IMG/VR virus record: IMGVR_UViG_3300038701_002786
Location: 15,101-79,100 of that record
Source: a virus
Direction: 5' to 3' (one strand)
DNA: 64,000 nt
Part shown: piece by piece, positions 55,853 through 64,000 of the stretch
Layout: every line of letters starts with the position of its first letter
Numbering within the stretch: the stretch's first letter is position 1
Notes under the pieces: generated by a model
Databases searched by the model: none
The model's input: the letters and a program-made list of their open reading frames with translations, nothing else
Told to the model about the DNA's origin: nothing
Translations under genes and position numbers: made by a program

Positions 55853-57234
55853 ATCTGTTACAACGGTTCAACGCGGCCCTACGTCGCGAGCCCGACTGGC
55901 AGATGTTGGGTCAAATTGAGCAAAAAGAAGAACCAGACCACGCTCCAGAAGAACAACGTGGTCTGAGTTCGATCAACCAGGATCATATTCCACAAGGGAC
56001 TGTGATTCGGACATTAGCCAGTGGGGGAGTGCAACGCACAAATTGGGACACAAGTCGCGCCATTCGCGATGGCTTGGAAGTTTTGCCCATTATTTATGTG
56101 TGTGTCCACGCAATTGCATCAGCCGTCTCTACGCCCGAATACCGAGTTTATGAGCGCACATCTAAAGGGGTGTTGCAACCCGCGTTTGATAGCGATTTTC
56201 AACGTTTGCTTACCAAGCCGAATAAGTTCCAGCCTCAAGGCAACTTTATTTATCGCACCATGCAGCACCTTTTGCTGGGCGGTAATGGTTTGATGCACAA
56301 AACCCGTCGGGTTACTGGACGCAAGAAGGGGCAGCCCCTTGAGCTTTGGCTCAAAGGGCCAAACGGTATTAAGCCAATTGCTCACCCGCAAAAGTTCATT
56401 TCGGTTTACGAGCATCGTTGTAGTACCGACGGCATCAGCCAAATCAAAACTTATAGCCCCAAAGATATCATCCACCTTCAAATGCCACATCCGAGTGATG
56501 AGCGTTGGGGGATGGCGCCGATGATGGCGGCAGCTGTACCCACAGACGCTGAAATATCGGCGAGCAAATGGCAGCAGTCTAAACTTGACAACCATGCCGC
56601 ACCTTCCGGCATCCTGAATATTTTGCCAGAAGTTGTCGAAGAAGAGTTTCTCGACAACGACGCTGACGTGTTTGAAACCGGGCTCGAATTGATGCCTGGC
56701 ATGACAGAAGACCAAAAGAAGGCGTGGCGCGATATTGTCCGTGAAGAAATGCAGGGCGCCAATAACGCAGGCAAAGTTGCTATCCTTGAAGGGGCAATCG
56801 CAAAGTTCATTCCGATGAGTATGACTCCTGCGGAAATGGATTTCATGGCTTCGCGTAAATTCAACCGAGAGGATATCCTGGCTGTTTTTGGTGTGCCACC
56901 TCCCGTAGCTGGTTATTACGAACGTGCCACGCTCAAGAACATTGACACCGCGTTTTCGATTTTTTGGCAACAAACAGTCCTCGCTTACATCGAGGATCTT
57001 TGCCAAATCCTCACATTGGGGCTGAGACCAGATTTTGGTGAGCAATATGTCGTTGTGCCAAACCTGAGCAACATCAGTCAATTGCTTCCATTGTTGGAGC
57101 GTAAGCTCAAGTGCGCCAAGCTCATGCGCGAACTTGGGTACGAAGTCGACGATATTAATAACCATCTGGGTCTTGGGATGCCCACCATTGGTTCCAAACC
57201 CAACAAAATGGCGCTCACAGGACACAATTCATGA
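55849..57234 (+). CDS. Portal protein (HK97 family)
   Basis: VCVHAIASAVS, HLLLGGN, IIHL...WGMAP, ILAVFGVPP. Confidence 0.9.
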   Translation: MNLLQRFNAALRREPDWQMLGQIEQKEEPDHAPEEQRGLSSINQDHIPQGTVIRTLASGGVQRTNWDTSRAIRDGLEVLPIIYVCVHAIASAVSTPEYRVYERTSKGVLQPAFDSDFQRLLTKPNKFQPQGNFIYRTMQHLLLGGNGLMHKTRRVTGRKKGQPLELWLKGPNGIKPIAHPQKFISVYEHRCSTDGISQIKTYSPKDIIHLQMPHPSDERWGMAPMMAAAVPTDAEISASKWQQSKLDNHAAPSGILNILPEVVEEEFLDNDADVFETGLELMPGMTEDQKKAWRDIVREEMQGANNAGKVAILEGAIAKFIPMSMTPAEMDFMASRKFNREDILAVFGVPPPVAGYYERATLKNIDTAFSIFWQQTVLAYIEDLCQILTLGLRPDFGEQYVVVPNLSNISQLLPLLERKLKCAKLMRELGYEVDDINNHLGLGMPTIGSKPNKMALTGHNS

Positions 57235-58073
57235 TCATCGAACTCAAAGATAGCGAATTTACACAAGAGAATCTGCTTCAAAAAAGCCAACCCCTTGAAT
57301 TGAAGGCTGACGCGACAAGTGTCGAGGACATGTTTCCAGATCGAATGATCAAGGGGTATGGCTCGGTCTTTGATGTTGAAGATTGTTATGGCGACACCAT
57401 TTTGCATGGTGCGTTCACTGAGACCTTGAAACAAGAGTTCGCTACAGGATTTGTGAAATTCCTCTACGCCCATGACACCAAAAGGCCCATCGGTCGGCCA
57501 CTTGTCATGAAAGAAGATGACAAAGGGTTGTGGGGAGAGCGTATTGTGTCGTGTGTGCCTGATGGAGACGCTGCGTTGCAGTTGGCCTATGACAAGGTTA
57601 TGGACGGACTCTCTATCGGTTTTTGGATTCGCAAGAGTAAGTTGATCGATGCTGACGGCAATGAACTGGACGAAACCGCGAGTTGGTGGGACCGGCTCAT
57701 GGCCAAGCGTCACATCATCAAACTTAAGTTGGCGGAAGATTCGATTGTCACGTGGGGAGCCAACCCCAGCGCCAAGATCGACGAGGTTCGATCCATGCGT
57801 GAGTATTCTCGTTCAGTTTCCAAGGGACTGAGCGAAGATGGCTTCTTCGATGCTCGTTTTGAAGAGCTTCTCCTTGAGGTCAAAGCATTGAAGAAAACTA
57901 TGGATATGATGCTCAAAGGGGTTGACCCGCAAATGGCGTTGACCAAGGCGCACCAAACAACTCAAGCACAACCTGAAGTTGTCAAATCCATCCAAGAAGA
58001 TGACGAAGTGCTCAAAAATGCGCGCCACGAGATCAAAGGGATCTTTGACAGGTTCAACGAACAAACCACCTAA
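57231..58073 (+). CDS. Prohead maturation protease (HK97 family)
   Basis: IKGYGSVFD, GDTILHGAF, FLYAHD..PIG, GLSIGF, EDSIVTWGAN. Confidence 0.92.
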   Translation: MIIELKDSEFTQENLLQKSQPLELKADATSVEDMFPDRMIKGYGSVFDVEDCYGDTILHGAFTETLKQEFATGFVKFLYAHDTKRPIGRPLVMKEDDKGLWGERIVSCVPDGDAALQLAYDKVMDGLSIGFWIRKSKLIDADGNELDETASWWDRLMAKRHIIKLKLAEDSIVTWGANPSAKIDEVRSMREYSRSVSKGLSEDGFFDARFEELLLEVKALKKTMDMMLKGVDPQMALTKAHQTTQAQPEVVKSIQEDDEVLKNARHEIKGIFDRFNEQTT

Positions 58074-58106
58074 TTTCAACCAAATTCAATATTACTTCGA
58101 TGCCCC

Positions 58107-58138
58107 AAAGGGACTGTGAATTCACAGTCCCTTTTTTT
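58107..58138 (+). terminator. Hairpin with U tract between protease and capsid genes
   Basis: AAAGGGACTGTGAA/TTCACAGTCCCTTT followed by TTTT. Confidence 0.7.
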
Positions 58139-58192
58139 GTGCCCTTTGTTGGCCACGGCATCAGGATTCAACACAAAAGGGAACAAAAGAGT

Positions 58193-59653
58193 ATGACGAT
58201 TACAATCGAAGACCTCCAAAAGGATCTCACCAAAGGCCTCGACCAAGTTCAAGAAACACAAAAGAAACAATCCGATGAGGTGAAGAACGAACTGGGTGCT
58301 GTCAAAACCGAATTGTCTGGTAAAATCGACGGTGTGGAAAACGAGCTCGATTCGGTCAAGACCTCACTTGAACAGGTCAGCACCGAAGTCAAGAATTCCA
58401 CCGAGTCCCTTGAGGGCCGCATGGACGAACTCGAAAGCGAGATTGTTCGCGATAATCCTGGGCCAGAAGTGGAACTCAGTGCCGGTGAGAAGTTCGTGCG
58501 ACAGGAAGACTATCAAGAAGTCGTGAACAAAAACGGCAAAATCGGCGGCTTGAGAATGACTTTTGAGAACTATTCTCTCAAAACCATCGGTTCGTCTGCA
58601 ACATCCGCCGGTGATACTGCACGTTCAGAACGGGTTGATGGTATTTACCAAAATGCCACTCTCAACCTTCGCGTGCAGGATTTCATCCCTCAACGGCGCA
58701 CTGAACGGGGATCGATTGATTATATTCAGGAAATTCGACCACTGCAGTTGGAGACAGAAGCGTTTGCCAATGCAGCAATTGGGCAGGCCGATCTTCAGGT
58801 GAAACAGTACTCGGGTTTCCGGGTTGGTTCGACTGTCACCATTGGCAATGTTAAGTACGAAATTGACAGTATTGCTCCTGGTGTGGGCGACAACGAACGA
58901 GCCGGTACTTTGACGTTTACTGGCAACCTCACGGTTGCAGTGAACGAGGACGACTTGATCACCGCTGATGATTTTGACTGGACACCCGAGGGTGAGTACA
59001 AGGCTGAACTTGGTGCTCAGTTTGAAGAAGTCACCGAACAGTGCAAAACACTTGCGGCATACGTGCAGATCACCCGTCAGATTTTCGAAGATTCTGCAAT
59101 GTTGCAGAATTACATCGATAACCGGTTGCCGTTGGCGCTGGACATTCAGACGGAAAAAGACATCTTTTATGGCGATGGTGTCAAGCAAATCCATGGCTTG
59201 TTCAACCGCACCGAGATTCCACAATACTCCAAGGCCGTCAATGGAGTGGCAAGCGACACTGAGATTGACAGCATTCGTCGAGCTGCGACGATCGTGGAGT
59301 TGTCGCACTTCATGGCCGACGTTGTCTTTGTGAACCCCAAAGACTGGGAAAAGGTGGATTTGGCCAAGGGTACTGACGAGCACTATGTCAACGTGGTCCG
59401 TTATGATGCCAATGGCGTGCCGTACATGTGGAAGATGTACGTGATCTCTACACCGGCGGTCAAACAGGGCGAGTTCTTGCTCGGTAACCTGCGGATCGCT
59501 TGCGAATTCTGGACTCGCAAAGACATTGTGGTTTACTCCAGCGATTCTCACTCTGACAACTTTGTCAAAAACATCATGGCTATTCTTGCGGAAAAACGCG
59601 CGGCACTGGCTGTGTACCTTCCCAAGAGCTTGGTTCGAGGTTCATTCACCTGA
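58193..59653 (+). CDS. Major capsid protein (HK97 fold) with delta domain and an inserted beta-rich domain
   Basis: Coiled-coil N-terminal scaffold, KTLAAYVQITRQIFED, FVNPKDW, ILAEKRAALAVY. Confidence 0.92.
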   Translation: MTITIEDLQKDLTKGLDQVQETQKKQSDEVKNELGAVKTELSGKIDGVENELDSVKTSLEQVSTEVKNSTESLEGRMDELESEIVRDNPGPEVELSAGEKFVRQEDYQEVVNKNGKIGGLRMTFENYSLKTIGSSATSAGDTARSERVDGIYQNATLNLRVQDFIPQRRTERGSIDYIQEIRPLQLETEAFANAAIGQADLQVKQYSGFRVGSTVTIGNVKYEIDSIAPGVGDNERAGTLTFTGNLTVAVNEDDLITADDFDWTPEGEYKAELGAQFEEVTEQCKTLAAYVQITRQIFEDSAMLQNYIDNRLPLALDIQTEKDIFYGDGVKQIHGLFNRTEIPQYSKAVNGVASDTEIDSIRRAATIVELSHFMADVVFVNPKDWEKVDLAKGTDEHYVNVVRYDANGVPYMWKMYVISTPAVKQGEFLLGNLRIACEFWTRKDIVVYSSDSHSDNFVKNIMAILAEKRAALAVYLPKSLVRGSFT

Positions 59654-59747
59654 TTCATTCGCACCTCATTCGAGGTGCGAGCAGAGTATTTGTATCTCTT
59701 CCAAGTACTCTGCTCGCATTTTGACTTCCATACAGGAGTAAAAACCA

Positions 59748-60266
<519 letters not shown>

Positions 60267-60286
60267 GTGTGTTGAGAAGGTAACCA

Positions 60287-60646
60287 ATGGCTGAAAAAAC
60301 AAAACAATCTCCAAAGCCCAAAACTCCCGACGTCTCGAAGATCAAAGACCCCGAAACGTATATTGTTCTGCCTGCAGGCGCTGGTCGAAACATTGGTGGA
60401 TATGTGAAGGCCAAAGAGGGGGACGAGTTGGTTCTGAGTCAAAAAACGACTCGTGCCATGGTCTTGGCCAGATACATTCAAGACAAAACCTCATACATGG
60501 CCCAAAAAAAGGAAGATGAGGAGAAAGCCAAGTCTCCTCCGAATACTTCTGAACAGGTGCCCACGAACACTCCATCAGTCAAACCACCTGTCACCAAACC
60601 GACCGCGCCTACCACACGCGAAGTGAAACCGCCTGAGACGTCATGA
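60287..60646 (+). CDS. Hypothetical protein with P/T/K-rich tail
   Basis: GAAGG SD; in the head module. Confidence 0.6.
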   Translation: MAEKTKQSPKPKTPDVSKIKDPETYIVLPAGAGRNIGGYVKAKEGDELVLSQKTTRAMVLARYIQDKTSYMAQKKEDEEKAKSPPNTSEQVPTNTPSVKPPVTKPTAPTTREVKPPETS

Positions 60647-61113
60647 TTACCGCAGTAAGAGAACGTCTGACCTTTGACTTGAAGTGGCTCAAGGAACGGC
60701 TGTTCATCCCTTCTGACATTGTTATTTGGGATGAATTTTTGCTGGAGTATTGGGCGTTGGCTTGCGAGCAAATAGACAACAGTATCAACAACCCGTTTTT
60801 GGATGATGATGGAAACGAAGTTGAACTTCCTATGTCCATTAAGTTTGCCGCATTGGAACTTGTTAGGCTGATGTACAGACGCGATTTGGCTCACAAAGAA
60901 GTCGACTTCTTTCGAACAAGCACATCCGATGTAAAGACTGGTCGTCTCTCCAGCGGTCAAACCATCAAATCCATCAAAACTGAAGATGAGAGCGTTACAT
61001 ACAATAACGTGCGTGATTCTTTGCTTCTTTCCAATGGCAAAACGGTTTTAAAACCCAGAGCAATTTTTAGCAAATATCTCAGGTCTCATTGTATGCCAGT
61101 GCGGAGTGAGTGA
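60643..61113 (+). CDS. Head-tail connector (gp6-like)
   Basis: LKERLFI..D..L...A.EQID...P..IKFAALELV..MYRR; position. Confidence 0.65.
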   Translation: MITAVRERLTFDLKWLKERLFIPSDIVIWDEFLLEYWALACEQIDNSINNPFLDDDGNEVELPMSIKFAALELVRLMYRRDLAHKEVDFFRTSTSDVKTGRLSSGQTIKSIKTEDESVTYNNVRDSLLLSNGKTVLKPRAIFSKYLRSHCMPVRSE

Positions 61114-61550
61114 TGACAACGGTTGACTATACAAAGGTCGAAACACATGAAACAACCGCCCAAATGGTGCTTGATAGCTGTAGTTGGGACACTCGCAATA
61201 TTACCGCGAACACCCAGCCGGTTAACACAGTCAAACTCGCCAAATGGATCATTGATAGCGCGGCTACCGTCAACAATGCGCTCGCAGACAACGACATCCC
61301 GATCGAAAAAATCAAAGAGCACATCAACATCAAAACAGAAGTCCAGAACTTAATTGTCATGGGCGCCAGGATTACGGCCAGCACCGTAATGGGTGAAATT
61401 GAAGGTCGTGTTGAGATTTTGCAAGGACGTTGGGATGAGCAAATCAAAACCCAAGCCAGTTTGGTGAAAAAGAAATTTGCCAAACTACGCGCACCCTCTG
61501 ATGAATTGAGACCAGGCGCCTCGCCGGATAAACCTCGCTATGACTTTTGA
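61110..61550 (+). CDS. Putative neck/head-completion protein
   Basis: Position in the neck module; helical composition. Confidence 0.5.
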   Translation: MMTTVDYTKVETHETTAQMVLDSCSWDTRNITANTQPVNTVKLAKWIIDSAATVNNALADNDIPIEKIKEHINIKTEVQNLIVMGARITASTVMGEIEGRVEILQGRWDEQIKTQASLVKKKFAKLRAPSDELRPGASPDKPRYDF

Positions 61551-62058
61551 TCTTTCGGTCTTCATTGACCCCAATGATCTCAAAGAAGCCAAACGTGCAA
61601 CCAAAGCTTTCCAAGTGGTGCTTGGAGATCCTGAAAACACACACCGCGTTGTGTTGCCCGGTTTCTTTTTGGAACACATGAGGTTGCAGTTTGCCACTGA
61701 TGGACGACATGGTGGAAAGCAGTGGGCAAACTACTCCAGCGAGCGCAAATACGCTGCATTTAAAATGGCGGTTGCTGGACACTTGAGGATTCTCGAATTT
61801 GGGTCAGGACCAAACGCCAGACTTAAACGATCTTTGACCGAATCTGGACACCCAGAACATGCCTTTCAGGCTCGGGGTGATTATGCAGTGATCGGTTCGC
61901 GAGTGCCTTATGCTCAAGATGTTACCGAGACACGCACCAATCGGTTTGGTGAGCGAAGTACTGGCCGGGATGTGCTCGCGATGACGTCAAGGCAAGAAGA
62001 GGATTTGTTACGCAAATTCGCTGATGAATATGACCGACGTATGGAGCGATTGTTTTGA
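61540..62058 (+). CDS. Virion morphogenesis protein (Mu gpG-like neck/tail completion)
   Basis: F...G..G.KQW...S...RIL...RLKRSL...AVIGSRVPYA. Confidence 0.7.
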   Translation: MTFDLSVFIDPNDLKEAKRATKAFQVVLGDPENTHRVVLPGFFLEHMRLQFATDGRHGGKQWANYSSERKYAAFKMAVAGHLRILEFGSGPNARLKRSLTESGHPEHAFQARGDYAVIGSRVPYAQDVTETRTNRFGERSTGRDVLAMTSRQEEDLLRKFADEYDRRMERLF

Positions 62059-62705
62059 CACTCAATGCCTATGGATTGCCAAGCGCCACAGAGCGGTGCG
62101 TTGAAGCGCTCGTGAACCATTTCAATGACACCAAAAATACGTTGTTTCATGTCGTTAATGACGCTGATGGACAGCCTTACACGACATTGCCAAATACTGA
62201 TCCACCACATGGGTTGTTGGCTGATATCTATTTGCCCGATTTGGATTTTGTAAAAAGAAATCTGATTCCGGGTGCAATTGCAAAAAATGAAACAGGACAG
62301 GTCGTGGCCTATGTTGGCCCAACCAATGGCTTTGATGATGAAGATTCATTTTATATGGGTACATCAGAGGGGCACAGTTTCGATGCTACATTGCCTTATG
62401 CCGCGAAGATTCTTTTTTCTCGTGCTGCCAACAAGCCGGTGATCGACCCCTTACAGCCAGCAAGACATCTTGAATTGCGCACAATTACGGGGATTCGAGC
62501 GCAGTACTATCTCGGCGCCCTTGTCGCCACTCTTTACAAGCACGTGCACCACATTGAAGGGGCACGTCGACATTCGCCAGTCAAGTCTTTTCCGCTCCAG
62601 AGCGCGGTCAATTATATCAATGATCAAGGCGACTTTCAGCAGGTTCTTGTGGCCGAGGCTTATTACGAATTTGACCTCACCCAGTACCAAAACATTCAAA
62701 TCTGA
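62055..62705 (+). CDS. Putative tail terminator/completion protein
   Basis: Position immediately before the tail tube. Confidence 0.45.
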   Translation: MTLNAYGLPSATERCVEALVNHFNDTKNTLFHVVNDADGQPYTTLPNTDPPHGLLADIYLPDLDFVKRNLIPGAIAKNETGQVVAYVGPTNGFDDEDSFYMGTSEGHSFDATLPYAAKILFSRAANKPVIDPLQPARHLELRTITGIRAQYYLGALVATLYKHVHHIEGARRHSPVKSFPLQSAVNYINDQGDFQQVLVAEAYYEFDLTQYQNIQI

Positions 62706-62722
62706 CAAGAGGATAAGTTTTC

Positions 62723-63715
62723 ATGCCAATCCAAATCCCTTCTGACATTGGTTCCTTGGCCGGTGCTGTTGAGAGTGTCTATGGCGTTGACCCGGGAGCA
62801 ACTCGGGCCGTTGCGTTGACTCAAAGACCGGGTGAAGAGCACAACGATGCCTTTCCTGAAAAGGTCAAATACCGAACCACACGCAACACTCCATCATCTG
62901 ATCGCCAGCATATCGATTTGGGTCTGACCGTCAATGCAGTCGTCACTCAAATGGAAGACGTTGTTGGAGGTTATGGAGACCACCACCCTGTGTTTATCGC
63001 GATGGGGTTGCGCGTCACAGGAAATGGAGTTGCTGCGGGAACCGGTAACTTTATCACCTATGGACCTCAAAGTTCGAACTTTGGGTCTGCGACTTTCATC
63101 AATACAGATATTGCTGACAATGGCCAGTTGTCACAAACAAAATATCTTGGCACACGAGGGTTGGGTGATTTGGCATTTGACCCTGACCAGCCTATCATTG
63201 CCAATCTCAACAGCCGGTCCAAGCATAATTTTGCTGAACCATTTGCAGCTGGGTCTTTGCCCACTGATAGTGGGTTGGATGATGTAGATGCAAAGTGCTT
63301 TGTTTGTACATTTGATGGCAACGTTGTTGAAATCGTTCAGTTTTCAGTCAATTTGAACAACGAACAGGTGACGAGTACCGTTGACATCAGAACATGCAAC
63401 AGCGGCGTGGACGAGATTGAGATCAAAAACGGTACACCCACTGTTGAGATCCGACTCAAGGCGTCAATCGAGCACATTGATGGTTTGGGCGTCAACGATT
63501 GGGTCAAACAAGCTCACGACACAGACCTGGATGTTGCGTTTCAAGCCCGAAGTGATCATGGCGGGCAGCGCTTTCAGTTTTCCGCGCCCAAAATGAGAAT
63601 CGAAGGGTTCACCAAAGAACCAGGTGACGGAGATTACTTGGTTTGGGTGCTTTCTTGTCGTCTTCAAGATGTGTTGGGCGATGACTCCTTTGAAATTCGT
63701 CAAGAAGTCCTTTGA
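62723..63715 (+). CDS. Putative major tail tube protein
   Basis: LAGAVESVYGVD N-terminus, beta-rich G/T/D/N composition, QFSAPK, position. Confidence 0.62.
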   Translation: MPIQIPSDIGSLAGAVESVYGVDPGATRAVALTQRPGEEHNDAFPEKVKYRTTRNTPSSDRQHIDLGLTVNAVVTQMEDVVGGYGDHHPVFIAMGLRVTGNGVAAGTGNFITYGPQSSNFGSATFINTDIADNGQLSQTKYLGTRGLGDLAFDPDQPIIANLNSRSKHNFAEPFAAGSLPTDSGLDDVDAKCFVCTFDGNVVEIVQFSVNLNNEQVTSTVDIRTCNSGVDEIEIKNGTPTVEIRLKASIEHIDGLGVNDWVKQAHDTDLDVAFQARSDHGGQRFQFSAPKMRIEGFTKEPGDGDYLVWVLSCRLQDVLGDDSFEIRQEVL

Positions 63716-63773
63716 TGCTTTTTGACATGGTTCTCAATTTACTCAATAAAAATCTCACCAAAGAGTGTCTGTT

Positions 63774-64000
63774 ATGTTTGAATTCGATCAGAAAAAGTAT
63801 GTCGTTTCGTTGACGAAAGAAGAAAAGGCCATGGAAGACAACGAACGCCGCACTGTCTTCTATGTACCAATGACTGGTAAACAATTCGCCATGTACCAAC
63901 GTCAGGCAAACAAATTGGCTCGCAGGGTCTCAAGGCTTCAAGCCAATTTGTCTGGTCTTCTTGAAGAACGGGACGCGCTGGAGGTAGCGGCTGAAAATGC
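63774..64000 (+). CDS. Probable tail assembly chaperone (truncated by the window edge)
   Basis: Open frame MFEFDQKKYVVSLTKEEKAMEDNERR... running to the end, directly after the tail tube. Confidence 0.5.
   Translation, partial: MFEFDQKKYVVSLTKEEKAMEDNERRTVFYVPMTGKQFAMYQRQANKLARRVSRLQANLSGLLEERDALEVAAEN

Overview
The whole window is part of one tailed dsDNA phage genome (HK97-type head, probably siphovirus-like tail). It probably persists as a plasmid-prophage: ParA/ParB and a lambda-O-like initiator with internal repeats are present, and no integrase is seen in the window. Layout: (i) 1-24.8 kb, a leftward arm of mostly small hypothetical genes containing several internal paralog families, a Mom-like GNAT, a C5 cytosine methylase, a class II (B12) ribonucleotide reductase and DUF5131; (ii) a divergent promoter region near 24.9 kb; (iii) 25.1-39.3 kb, rightward HTH/partition/replication/nucleotide-metabolism genes; (iv) 39.3-44.7 kb, a cargo block with a candidate small RNA, a lipoprotein and an inverted RHH / Ser-Thr kinase / TPR-like / RCC1-lipoprotein operon that looks myxobacterial; (v) 44.9-53 kb, clamp-like protein, ThyA, ParB-Dam fusion, RecU and an initiator-like tRNA-Met; (vi) 53.2-64 kb, packaging, head and start of the tail. 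The strongest non-coding signals are two families of dispersed palindromes (six 25-bp sites, four embedded in sigma70-like promoters; five 15-21-bp perfect palindromes upstream of genes), a four-box operator array at 44.74-44.84 kb, and inverted repeats inside the replication gene. All family assignments come from motif recognition by eye, with no database searches.
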